Positions 36,035 to 44,886 of a DNA stretch of 45,246 bases are shown in pieces (the stretch's first letter is position 1; each line of letters begins with the position of its first letter). The translations under genes were made by a program, and so were the position numbers. This DNA is from a virus (lineage: Duplodnaviria > Heunggongvirae > Uroviricota > Caudoviricetes), in the IMG/VR virus record IMGVR_UViG_2778261297_000003, one strand, 5' to 3'. The notes under the pieces are model-generated. The model ran no database searches, was not told the DNA's origin, and saw only the letters and a program-made list of their open reading frames with translations.

Positions 36035-36661
36035 ATGGAAACGGTTGGTCAGCGCATTAAAGCCCTACGCAGGGTTACAAAAACCTCTCAAAAAGAACTG
36101 GGTAAGTTCTGCGGGGTTAGTGACGTAGCGGTGGGTTATTGGGAAAAGGATGTGAATATCCCAAACGGGGAATCACTGGTTAAGCTGGCTAAATTCTTCA
36201 ATACATCAATAGATTACATTCTTTACGGCACTGAATTTGAAGGTACCCTCATAACTAAAATGAGGCGTGTGCCCGTGATTTCCTGGGTTCAAGCTGGGCA
36301 GTTTACGGAATGTAAAGCCGCTGATTTATTCAGTGATGTCGATAAATGGGTTGAAACATCACTTCGCATTGGGGATAGCTCGTTCGCTTTAGAGGTCAAA
36401 GGGGATTCAATGACCAATCCAAATGGCCTCCCAACAATCCCTGAAGGGGCAACCGTTATTGTTGATCCAGATGCCGAACCCCTTCATGGCAAGATTGTGG
36501 TTGCGCGTATTGATGGCACTAACGAAGCGACTGTTAAAAAACTTGTCATTGATGGCCCACAAAAATTTTTAGTGCCACTAAATCCTCGCTACCCCAACAT
36601 CCCGATCAATGGTAACTGCCTCATTATCGGCGTTGTTAAAGGCGTTCAGTACGAACTCTAA
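36035..36661 (+). CDS. cI: CI-like repressor (HTH plus S24 LexA-type autopeptidase domain)
   Basis: 208 aa; N-terminal HTH (..SQKELGKFCGVSDVAVGYWEKD..), Ala-Gly cleavage site (VQAGQF), GDSM serine motif and downstream KK lysine. Confidence 0.9.
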   Translation: METVGQRIKALRRVTKTSQKELGKFCGVSDVAVGYWEKDVNIPNGESLVKLAKFFNTSIDYILYGTEFEGTLITKMRRVPVISWVQAGQFTECKAADLFSDVDKWVETSLRIGDSSFALEVKGDSMTNPNGLPTIPEGATVIVDPDAEPLHGKIVVARIDGTNEATVKKLVIDGPQKFLVPLNPRYPNIPINGNCLIIGVVKGVQYEL

Positions 36662-36690
36662 TCCCTTCCCGCTCTTCCTCTAAGCATCAA

Positions 36691-36742
36691 GCTAAGTTTA
36701 GTTTGATGTTTCACTTGACCAACAAACTAAGTTAAGTTAGAT
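36691..36742. promoter_or_regulatory. OL-like operator cluster downstream of cI
   Basis: GCTAAGTTTAGTTTGAT (36691-36707) and AACTAAGTTAAGTTAGAT (36725-36742) repeat the OR half-site motif CTAAG/CTTAG. Confidence 0.5.
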
Positions 36743-36862
36743 TTTTTCTGTCGACACCAAACCACCGCGCCTGATGTGGTTAAAAGCAGGCCAAAGCATT
36801 ATGAAGTGATCCCTGTTCTGGCTGTTCACTTCCCATGAGGGTGACAGCCAGCTTTTTAAGGG

Positions 36863-36942
36863 CACAACGTGAAAGCGCACTCCATCAACTATCGGTTGTG
36901 GATGACAGGTAAGTAAACAGGCGGAGTGCGCTTCCAGTTGTG
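36863..36942 (+). repeat. structured element A (about 19-bp stem, 39-nt loop) in the untranslated leader
   Basis: 5' arm CACAAC-G-TGAAAGCGCACTCC pairs with 3' arm GGAGTGCGCTTCC-A-GTTGTG. Confidence 0.5.
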
Positions 36943-37205
36943 ATGAATTGCAGCCCTTTGAGGCAACCAGAAGATAAGCACCTGGCGTCACAGCACTATT
37001 GAACATGGCGAAAGCCGAAAGACTTGAAGGCGGTTTTCTCAGGTTGCGCGCTAAAGAATAGCGGGGAGAACCTGGGGCGGAGAGCAAACCCCGCGATGCA
37101 GGACTTGAAATACCTCACAGACCAATAAGCCGTCTGGCAGCGTAACTGCCCTTTACATCAGCCCCGGCGAGGTGGCGCCGCCGGACCGGGGCTGGTGAAT
37201 CGCAA

Positions 37206-37281
37206 CACAACATGAAAGCGCATTCCTCTTTTCACTGATGGGGATCGGTTTGTTACCTGGCGGAGTGCGCTTCCAGTTGTG
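37206..37281 (+). repeat. structured element B (second copy of element A with a G-U-compatible substitution)
   Basis: Same arms as element A (CACAAC-A-TGAAAGCGCATTCC ... GGAGTGCGCTTCC-A-GTTGTG); a C to T change yields a G.U wobble; loop differs but keeps ATCGGTT and a ..GGC junction. Confidence 0.5.
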
Positions 37282-37619
37282 GTAATGCGGCTCTGCGCAC
37301 GTGACGAGGCCAACAAGTTTTTATTTCAACTTTTGAAATGAATACGTTTCTTGTGGTGTAGCGTCGCCGGTTCTGGCCGGTCCGGCAGGTGGAGGCACCA
37401 CCGCCACAACAACATCATTGCTGTGTGTAGTCTTTGCCCATCACATCGGTGGGCACCTTTTTTACACAAGAGACAAGGGCATCACCGGGCGACGGGCTCA
37501 TTCCCCAATCCACCCGGGCAAGAGGATAGCGATTGCAGTCGCCGACAAATGCAGGTGCCCTTCTCTGTTGTGTATGGAGAAAGTTCGGCGGTGGCAGCCG
37601 CCATAACGAGGGTAAAACC

Positions 37620-37991
37620 ATGAGTAATGACCGCATGACCGTAGTGCCCGACTTTTTGGGCGAGCTGGATGCCGGTGTGTTCATGAACAAAATCGCGGCA
37701 GCACTTAACACCACCGCGCTTGGCGTTCTGAACAACGGCAACAAAGGCAAAGTAGTCCTCACCTTTGATTTTGAGCGTATGGGTAATTCCGTTGAAGAGA
37801 AGCGCGTCAAGATCAAGCACAAGCTGAACTACAGCACCCCAACCCCGCGCGGTAAAGCCTCCGAAGAGGACACAACCGAAACCCCTATGTGGGTTAACAA
37901 AGGCGGGAAGCTAACCATCCTCCAGGAGGATCAGGGGCAACTGTTCGGGATCACCGGCGCGGTGGACGGAAAGCTTAAAGCGGCTCAGTGA
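37620..37991 (+). CDS. hypothetical early protein (YfdP-like position)
   Basis: 123 aa from MSNDRMTVV with GAGGG RBS; first ORF after the long leader. Confidence 0.5.
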   Translation: MSNDRMTVVPDFLGELDAGVFMNKIAAALNTTALGVLNNGNKGKVVLTFDFERMGNSVEEKRVKIKHKLNYSTPTPRGKASEEDTTETPMWVNKGGKLTILQEDQGQLFGITGAVDGKLKAAQ

Positions 37992-38047
37992 TCCGCAACA
38001 ACAAACTCACTGATACCACTTTGATCATCAGTTAATAAGGAATTTTT

Positions 38048-38875
38048 ATGTCTCAGTTAGACAGCGGCACCTTCAAGCAGGTCAAAGACCTGGTCCTTTC
38101 CGGTTATCACCTGAATGATATTCATGGCCTGGCTTGCCCGACCGCATTACTGCCAGAGGGTACTGGCGTTGAAAGCCTTGAGCGCTTTTCTCTGGAACGT
38201 TTCCGCTTTCGTGGCGCAATGACCACAACCAGTATTGACGACTTCGCACGTTATTCTAAAGGTTATGCCAGCGCCAGCGAGCCAGCTCGTTGCTTCATTG
38301 ACGCTGACAACATGACCGCCCGTTCAGTGTTCAACATCGGCACCCTGGATAACCCCGGTCACGCCGATAACGTTGCTTCAATCACTCTGAAGAAAACCGC
38401 CCCGTTTCGCGCGCTACTACAGATCGATGGTCAGCGTCTGAAACAAAAGCAAATCGCTGAATGGCTGGAAGACTGGAGTGATTACCTGCTGGCGTTTGAC
38501 GCTGATGGTAAGACGATGGAGATTTCTCAGGCGGCTCAGGCCGTGCGTCGTATCACTATCCAACAAGCAACCCAGCAGGATCATGAAACTGGTGATTTCG
38601 CTGGTAAAAAATCACTCATGCAAAGCGTCGAAGCAAGCAGCAAAGACGTAATGCCGGTAGCGTTCGAATTCAAATGTGTGCCGTATGAAGGTCTGGGCGA
38701 ACGCCGCTTTAGCTTGCGTAACAGCCTGCTGACCAGCGATGAACCCTGCTTTGTTCTGCGCATCGTCCAACTTGAAGCCCAGGAAGAAGCAATCGCCAAC
38801 GAATTCCGCGATTTACTGATCAGCAAGTTCGACGGTGAATCAGTGGAAACTTTCATCGGTAACTTTAAAGCCTAA
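38048..38875 (+). CDS. DUF2303-family protein (YfdQ-like)
   Basis: 275-aa ORF; size and sequence character recalled as matching the CPS-53 prophage YfdQ family. Confidence 0.6.
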   Translation: MSQLDSGTFKQVKDLVLSGYHLNDIHGLACPTALLPEGTGVESLERFSLERFRFRGAMTTTSIDDFARYSKGYASASEPARCFIDADNMTARSVFNIGTLDNPGHADNVASITLKKTAPFRALLQIDGQRLKQKQIAEWLEDWSDYLLAFDADGKTMEISQAAQAVRRITIQQATQQDHETGDFAGKKSLMQSVEASSKDVMPVAFEFKCVPYEGLGERRFSLRNSLLTSDEPCFVLRIVQLEAQEEAIANEFRDLLISKFDGESVETFIGNFKA

Positions 38876-39003
38876 TTGCTCTGCATTAAATCCCCGGCGC
38901 CGCGGGGATTTATTGAAGCGTAATTCCATTAATTATCGCCATCCGGCGAGGGATTCGTGCAACCAAAATCTGCGCGGTGCAGCGCGCCAATATGGAGAAA
39001 ACC

Positions 39004-39543
39004 ATGAGCTACATTCAGACATTATCCGGCAAACACTTTAATTACCTCGATATCCAACAGGACGATATCGTCATCGAGGATATTGCTACTGCGCTGTCTC
39101 ATATCTGCCGTTTTGCTGGGCATCTTCCTGAGTTTTACAGCGTCGGCCAGCATAGCGTTTTAACCAGCCATCTCGTTCCGCAGGAGTTTGCCTTAGAAGC
39201 ACTGCTTCATGATGCCGCCGAAGCCTACCTGCAAGATATTCCCTCACCGCTTAAGCGCCTGTTACCGGATTACCAGGTGATCGAAGCTCGCGTAGACGCT
39301 GCTATTCGCCAGAAATTTGGCCTACCGACGGAGCAACACCCAACAGTGAAATATGCCGATCTGGTGATGCTCGCCAGCGAACGCCGCGATTTTGAGATTG
39401 ACGAAGGTTCCGTGTGGCCATGCCTCGATGGCGTTGTCCCGACGGACCTATTCATCATCAATCCAGTTCGTCCAGGCCAGTCATACGGCATGTTCATAAA
39501 TCGCTTTAATGAGTTGATGGAGCAGCGTCAATGCGCCGCATGA
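39004..39543 (+). CDS. HD-domain phosphohydrolase (YfdR-like)
   Basis: From MSYIQTLSG; His and HD motifs (..ALSHICRFAGH.., ..LLHDAAEAY..). Confidence 0.7.
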   Translation: MSYIQTLSGKHFNYLDIQQDDIVIEDIATALSHICRFAGHLPEFYSVGQHSVLTSHLVPQEFALEALLHDAAEAYLQDIPSPLKRLLPDYQVIEARVDAAIRQKFGLPTEQHPTVKYADLVMLASERRDFEIDEGSVWPCLDGVVPTDLFIINPVRPGQSYGMFINRFNELMEQRQCAA

Positions 39544-39706
39544 AGGTAAAAGAACTCGTGGCGGAGGCGTTTGCCTCCGTGGCTGAATTGCCACCAAAGC
39601 ATGCATCGCTTATGCGCGAAGTCGCTACCAGGCTTGAAGCTACGTTCGCAGCATTAACCGAATCATTGGCGCAACTGGAACAGGAACGTAAAGGTAAAAC
39701 GCAATG
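39539..39706 (+). CDS. small hypothetical protein (55 aa)
   Basis: ATGA start/stop overlap with the upstream gene; helical and charged in character. Confidence 0.3.
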
Positions 39707-39958
39707 ACCGTATTTGAATATCTCCAGGGCCACCCGAACGCCACCAGCGGTGAAATCGCAAGGGCGATGGGTAAAAAGACGCCAGCCGTAGCCAGCGCAC
39801 TATCTCAGCTTTATGCAACAGGGAGAATTGTTAAGTCTGGCGCACGCGGTGGGATACCGACATACCGCGTCAATGATCTGCCGTTTGGATGCAGCAATAA
39901 CTTAACGCTGATATTTAACCAGCTTCTGCGAAACGTCCGCAAAGGAGCAGCCCAATGA
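39704..39958 (+). CDS. hypothetical protein, possible winged-helix DNA-binding
   Basis: 84-aa ORF; ..TSGEIARAMGKKTPAVASALSQLYATGRIV.. resembles a winged-helix recognition segment. Confidence 0.4.
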   Translation: MTVFEYLQGHPNATSGEIARAMGKKTPAVASALSQLYATGRIVKSGARGGIPTYRVNDLPFGCSNNLTLIFNQLLRNVRKGAAQ

Positions 39959-40272
39959 GCAAATTTACGGCATTACCAGTAGAACGCGACCAATACGGCT
40001 ACTGGACTCACCCCGTCTATGAGCAATTTTGCGATGGTCGTGAATTTATCTCACCTGATGAGTTCAACGCCTGGCTGGATAAAAACGGCCTCGAATGGAC
40101 GGTAGTTTACCGGGATGAAGAAGACATCGATCCTGAAGTTGATGGTTACGATATTTCAGCCTGGCAGCCAGAATCGCCAGCCGGTGAAGGTTGGTTTGTC
40201 GGTTCAATTCACAACACCGAAGATGGCGCGGTATGCATCTGGTTACGTAACGTTGAAGGCGGTGCAGCATGA
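39955..40272 (+). CDS. hypothetical protein
   Basis: 105-aa ORF translationally coupled to neighbours. Confidence 0.45.
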   Translation: MSKFTALPVERDQYGYWTHPVYEQFCDGREFISPDEFNAWLDKNGLEWTVVYRDEEDIDPEVDGYDISAWQPESPAGEGWFVGSIHNTEDGAVCIWLRNVEGGAA

Positions 40273-40426
40273 CAGTCCATACACTGAAGCAATGCCGCCC
40301 GGACCAAGAAGAAGCGCATGACTGGCGCTGACTGGCTGACAGCGATTGAGATGTACAAACCAACTGTGCGCATCGTGGAAGTTAATGTGCCACGCGCCGC
40401 TGGCATTCGCATCAAAGGAGAGTGAT

Positions 40427-40942
40427 ATGGCGTTAACACACCGCGAACTCTGTCAGATTGCGTACAAGTTCCTTAAGCGCAACGGGTTCAAGGTTTGTTT
40501 TCATGACCGCTTTATAGCTGTAACCAGTACCGGAGAACAGCCAGATGCTATGGGATTCAGAAATTCAGCATCATGCCTGATAGAGGCGAAGTGTTCTCGT
40601 GCTGACTTGTTGGCAGATAGAAAAAAGCGTTTCCGTAAAAATCCCTCACTTGGCATGGGCGACTGGCGATTCTTTATTAGTGAGCCGGGAATTATTTCAG
40701 TTGAGGATTTACCTCCCGGCTGGGGATTACTTCACGTTGTTAACGGAAGAGTACGGAAAGTACATGGGTGGCCCAAGGGTAATTGCTGTTGGGGTAATCC
40801 TGACGATAAGCCATTTACTGGAAATAAGCAGGTTGAATGCGATTACATGTTATCTGCATTAAGGCGCATGGAGTTGAGAGGGCACCTTAATGAAATATAT
40901 GACGGTGTAATTGTTAATAAGAAAGAAGGAAACGCGGCATGA
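40427..40942 (+). CDS. PD-(D/E)xK nuclease-fold protein (putative)
   Basis: 171 aa from MALTHREL (AAAGGAGAG RBS); candidate motif ..GEQPDAMGF..(n)..LIEAKCS (PD...EAK). Confidence 0.45.
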   Translation: MALTHRELCQIAYKFLKRNGFKVCFHDRFIAVTSTGEQPDAMGFRNSASCLIEAKCSRADLLADRKKRFRKNPSLGMGDWRFFISEPGIISVEDLPPGWGLLHVVNGRVRKVHGWPKGNCCWGNPDDKPFTGNKQVECDYMLSALRRMELRGHLNEIYDGVIVNKKEGNAA

Positions 40943-41553
40943 CCACTATTACCAAAGAACGTATTGAATTGTTCATTAAAAATCCGCTTGAAAACGGACT
41001 TACCCGTGGCGAACAAATGGAACTGGCACGGATTGCACTGGCATCACTGGAAGCGGAGCCTGTAAGCCAAGCTTACAACTTGCCACAAACGCACTTTGAA
41101 CAGGTTGCTGACCTTTACGAAATGCAATTTGAGGATGGACGCACTTGTACCTTTCACACTGATGCGCAAAAGGCTGTGCAATGGCTTCAGGCGTGCGACG
41201 GAAACAGGGTTCAGGAATACGTTAAGCTGGAACGATTGCAGAACGCACTGTCTGGCAACTCTCCGGTAGCTCCGGATGGTTTGTTAGGTTGTGGTGAAAA
41301 TTGCTGGTCATGTGGCAAGTATTTTACATACGAACAGCACTCTGAATGCGACGGATACTGCCCACACTGTAACTCTCCTGTTGATCTTGATGATGAAGAA
41401 GACCAGCCATCGAAAGTAGTGCCAACTAATCCTACGGAAGAGATGATTTCTAACGCATGGAGGGAGGCAATCGGCAAGTGCGATCATGAAACCATTAAGC
41501 GCATATACGCGACAATGCTCGCAGCAGCACCACAACAGGAGGTGAAGCTGTGA
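40939..41553 (+). CDS. hypothetical protein with Cys-rich zinc-ribbon-like motif
   Basis: 204 aa; CGENCWSCG...CDGYCPHC cluster. Confidence 0.5.
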   Translation: MTTITKERIELFIKNPLENGLTRGEQMELARIALASLEAEPVSQAYNLPQTHFEQVADLYEMQFEDGRTCTFHTDAQKAVQWLQACDGNRVQEYVKLERLQNALSGNSPVAPDGLLGCGENCWSCGKYFTYEQHSECDGYCPHCNSPVDLDDEEDQPSKVVPTNPTEEMISNAWREAIGKCDHETIKRIYATMLAAAPQQEVKL

Positions 41554-41789
41554 CTAAATCAGAATTCCTCCAGAAGGTAGCGGTGCTGGCCGGTGAATGC
41601 CATAAGTTGGCCTGTGAGCTGGACATAGGCGATGAACGAATAGAGATGTTCGAGATTTATGAAGTGCTTCGCCGAATCCAGCGGAGTGGTGCAGCCGGTG
41701 AAATGCTGGCTGCAACAAACCCTTTACTATCCCCTGGAATACCTGAGGACACTGAATGGGTAAATTTCCATAAAGAGGATCATGCCTGA
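41550..41789 (+). CDS. hypothetical protein
   Basis: 79-aa ORF, overlapping starts/stops with neighbours. Confidence 0.4.
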   Translation: MTKSEFLQKVAVLAGECHKLACELDIGDERIEMFEIYEVLRRIQRSGAAGEMLAATNPLLSPGIPEDTEWVNFHKEDHA

Positions 41790-41965
41790 TGCCTAAGACA
41801 ATCATCATAACCTTAGAAATTGATGTTCCGGAACACGCTACCGATAGCGACATATCAGATTGGGTAGACGTCGAGTACGGGCAGTGTGGTGGACAAAAAT
41901 TAGATAACCCCTGCCGTGGCGATGCCACCGAAGTAATAAACCATTCATGGAAATTTGAGAGCTAA
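41789..41965 (+). CDS. small hypothetical protein (58 aa)
   Basis: ATGA overlap with the upstream ORF; not in the track because it is under 60 aa. Confidence 0.3.
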   Translation: MPKTIIITLEIDVPEHATDSDISDWVDVEYGQCGGQKLDNPCRGDATEVINHSWKFES

Positions 41966-41967
41966 AG

Positions 41968-42540
41968 ATGAACGACTTAATGATTGACCTCGAATCAATG
42001 GGGAAAAAGCCAAACGCGCCGATCGTCTCAGTTGGTGCTGTCTTTTTTAACCCTCAAACAGGTGAACTAGGCCAAGAATTCTATACAGCCGTCTCGCTTG
42101 AAAGCTCAATGGATCAAGGCGCGGTACCGGATGGAGATACGATTCTTTGGTGGCTAAAACAAAGCCCTGAAGCGCGCTCAGCTATCTGCGTTGATGATGC
42201 GATGCCTATCACTGATGCACTGTCGGAACTTAGCCATTTCATTCACCGGCATGCATATAATCTCAAATACATGAAGGTCTGGGGTAACGGGGCCACCTTT
42301 GACAATGTGATTCTGCGCGGAGCTTACGAACGCGCCGGACGCATTTGCCCGTGGGAATTTTGGAACGATCATGATGTACGCACGATTGTTACCCTCGGTC
42401 GCAGTGTTGGTTTCGATCCGAAGCGTGACATGCCATTCATTGGCGATGTTCACAACGCCCTGGCTGATGCGCGCCATCAGGCAAAATATGTGTCAGCAAT
42501 TTGGCAGAAAATTATCCCTGCCACCAGCACCAACGAGTAA
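41968..42540 (+). CDS. 3'-5' exonuclease (DEDDh / DnaQ-like fold)
   Basis: 190 aa; MIDLESMG (DxE motif) near the N-terminus and H-x4-D (DVHNALADA) near the C-terminus. Confidence 0.7.
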   Translation: MNDLMIDLESMGKKPNAPIVSVGAVFFNPQTGELGQEFYTAVSLESSMDQGAVPDGDTILWWLKQSPEARSAICVDDAMPITDALSELSHFIHRHAYNLKYMKVWGNGATFDNVILRGAYERAGRICPWEFWNDHDVRTIVTLGRSVGFDPKRDMPFIGDVHNALADARHQAKYVSAIWQKIIPATSTNE

Positions 42541-42584
42541 ACCACTCAGTCCGGGTGCAGCCGGGCTTTATGGAGAAGGAAACC

Positions 42585-42794
42585 ATGGCAAAGCTAATGA
42601 AAGCGAGTCTCTGGAGTAAGCGCGAATTTACCAAAGACTCCATTCCTGACAACCGTACAATTAAACGTTGGGTCGAAAACGGATTACTCATGGGAAGGAT
42701 TGTAGATGGTTCAGTTTTTGTCTATGAAACCGAAAAGTGGGGAGTTGACTCAATTGTTAATCAGGCGGTACGTCAGTTAATAATTGAGGGTTGA
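42585..42794 (+). CDS. xis: excisionase-like protein (putative Xis)
   Basis: About 69 aa from MAKLMKASL (GGAGAAGGA RBS); small basic protein immediately upstream of and overlapping integrase. Confidence 0.5.
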   Translation: MAKLMKASLWSKREFTKDSIPDNRTIKRWVENGLLMGRIVDGSVFVYETEKWGVDSIVNQAVRQLIIEG

Positions 42795-42796
42795 CC

Positions 42797-43978
42797 ATGG
42801 CAGCAAGGCCACGAAAAAAAGAATACCGCCACCTTCCTGATTATCTTTTTTTTGATAAAGATCGTGGCGTGTATAAGTTCACGCTTATAACTGGGAAAAA
42901 GAAAACTCTCGGTTCGGATCGAGTAATGGCTATCGCCATCGCCCGAGAATATAACCTGAGGATGCGCCCTGAAAATACACCATCGATAGATTCATTAATT
43001 CGGGAATCGGGAGGGCTGAATGGTGAAGCCCACCCGTTTTCTGAACATGTTGATCGCATTATGGAGAGAGCGATCAAAGATGAGCAGCCGTCTAAAAGCA
43101 CACTTGACGATTGGAATAATGATGCCATCAGGGTTAAAGAATTTTTTAATAACATACCCGCATGCGATATTGAGCTTGAGCACGTAAATGCCTACATACG
43201 AAATTACCATTCTGAATCGTCGGCCAATGTTCAGAACCGAAAAGTTAGCTTCCTGAAAAAGCTATTCTCTTATGCTGTTGATGAATCGCTAATGATGGAT
43301 AACCCTGCAACACGGAAAAAAATGCGGCGTGTCGATAAAAAGGTCCGCCGGCGACTCACTTTGGAACAGTTCTTGGCCATACATGCAGCTGCTGAACCTT
43401 GGCTGAAGACTGCAATGGACCTTGCCATACAAACTACGCAAGCGCGCCTGGAAGTTTCCCGGATCCGGTACTCGATCAAGGAACCTCAAGAAGGGGTTTG
43501 CGGCTGTGTATGGTTCGATCAGGAGGAGGCTGGCATATTCGGAACGCTTTACATTCACCGGCAAAAAGTGCAGCACAAAGAGGCTTCACACGTCGCTATT
43601 CCGATCGGCAGGGCCCTGAAAGAGATCATCGACAACAGCAGAGACAATGTGGCCAGTCCTTATGTTGTTCACCGGCTTCTGGAAAAGAGAAGCAATCCGA
43701 TAAGTAAGGAAGTTAACCACCCAACACAGGTGGCCCCTGATTATTTGAGCAGGGCATTTTCAGAGCTGCGGGACCGGATAGGTGTAGCGGCAGAATTACC
43801 TATCAAAGAAAGGCCAACTTTCCACGAAATTAGAGCGCTGGCGGCTCATATTTTCGAAAGACAAGGTATCGATCCGCAGGCAAGGATGGCCCATAGTGAT
43901 GCAAAATCGACAAAAATTTATACCCAGAATCATGTTGAATGGGTTGAAGTACCACATGCAGAAATAAAAATGGCATAG
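42797..43978 (+). CDS. int: tyrosine integrase (phage integrase family)
   Basis: About 393 aa; C-terminal catalytic region with HxxR (HEIRALAAH) and Tyr (TKIYTQNH) motifs. Confidence 0.9.
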   Translation: MAARPRKKEYRHLPDYLFFDKDRGVYKFTLITGKKKTLGSDRVMAIAIAREYNLRMRPENTPSIDSLIRESGGLNGEAHPFSEHVDRIMERAIKDEQPSKSTLDDWNNDAIRVKEFFNNIPACDIELEHVNAYIRNYHSESSANVQNRKVSFLKKLFSYAVDESLMMDNPATRKKMRRVDKKVRRRLTLEQFLAIHAAAEPWLKTAMDLAIQTTQARLEVSRIRYSIKEPQEGVCGCVWFDQEEAGIFGTLYIHRQKVQHKEASHVAIPIGRALKEIIDNSRDNVASPYVVHRLLEKRSNPISKEVNHPTQVAPDYLSRAFSELRDRIGVAAELPIKERPTFHEIRALAAHIFERQGIDPQARMAHSDAKSTKIYTQNHVEWVEVPHAEIKMA

Positions 43979-44000
43979 AAAAAGGCACCTGATGGTGCCT
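43977..44000 (-). terminator. terminator-like hairpin next to the int stop
   Basis: Minus strand AGGCACC-ATCA-GGTGCCT followed by TTTTCTAT. Confidence 0.35.
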
Positions 44001-44097
44001 TGAATAAAGTCTTGAATAAGACACCCGAAGGTGCCTTAAGTGGTTCTCTTAGCAACGAACTAAGAACGCCCACGCCTCATACCCATAATCATGAGCA

Positions 44098-44202
44098 TCA
44101 AGGACTTTTGCGGATTTCCCACGTACCTTGCGGTAACGGCAGAAAACCCAACGGAACCCTTTTGGTGCCGCTTTCGAAGCGATAGATTTCAAACTCATTC
44201 AT
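44098..44202 (-). CDS. small ORF (34 aa) with strong RBS
   Basis: AAGGAGGTG RBS 6 nt upstream of the ATG; very short, no supporting family. Confidence 0.2.
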   Translation of the reverse strand: MNEFEIYRFESGTKRVPLGFLPLPQGTWEIRKSP

Positions 44203-44356
44203 GTAACACCTCCTTACCAAGAGAGATTTTTCCCTTGAACATCTTCCCTGAAGGTGTTAGTTTCAGGCTGTCTATTGAAGCTGTTCACGGTGGTGACGCC
44301 TCTCGGATTCATCACCTTAAGACCCCTTGCATTGGTTGGCGCCAAGCAGGGGGTTT

Positions 44357-44878
44357 TTACATTTTGTCTAACTGATATCGTGCGGCCACTAATGATACTC
44401 CGCATGCCTCAGCTACATTTTCAGCACTCATACCTTTCAGAACATTGGCATGAATAGCCGGTACTAATAGCTCACCACTGAAACATTTGGCTTGCCACTC
44501 ACTACTCTCAAAAGGGCGGATTTTTACCCCTGGAGCAGAACGCGCGAAAGCAATGTTCCTGTGCATGAGAAGATGTCCCAGTTCATGTGCGGCAGTCATC
44601 CTGTCACGCCCTACCCCATTCAAAGCACCCTCGTAAATGTCTTCACGAAGAATCAATAAATGTTCCTGTGGGTAGGTGAGACCGTGCGTCTCCCCCATTT
44701 CCTTCATCCCACCGATATGGAGTTCAAAATCTGGGATCAACTGAGGCAATGCGAACTCAATCACCTCCATAACAGGAAACATCAGACCTGTAATACCGAA
44801 GGTGCTCCGCAGAGATCTGACGATAGAACGTATTGATTCGCGGTTCTGCGGGGGTACACGATAATCTTGTCCGCTCAA
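44357..44878 (-). CDS. ImmA/IrrE-family zinc metallopeptidase (DUF955/COG2856-like)
   Basis: 173 aa with HEXXH motif (AAHELGHLLMH). Confidence 0.8.
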   Translation of the reverse strand: MSGQDYRVPPQNRESIRSIVRSLRSTFGITGLMFPVMEVIEFALPQLIPDFELHIGGMKEMGETHGLTYPQEHLLILREDIYEGALNGVGRDRMTAAHELGHLLMHRNIAFARSAPGVKIRPFESSEWQAKCFSGELLVPAIHANVLKGMSAENVAEACGVSLVAARYQLDKM

Positions 44879-44886
44879 AATGCCTC

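Noticed and set aside
36737-37822. ORFs of 90-135 aa in the leader (36737-37087 minus, 37351-37623 plus, 37415-37822 minus)
   Set aside because: No RBS, Cys/Arg/His-rich or overlapping the hairpin repeats; the region is better explained as structured non-coding leader. The minus-strand ORF at 37415-37822 also runs antisense into the first early gene.
43979-44356. tRNA gene next to the integrase
   Set aside because: No convincing T-loop (GGTTCGAATCC-like) or cloverleaf-compatible sequence seen by eye; cannot exclude without tRNAscan.
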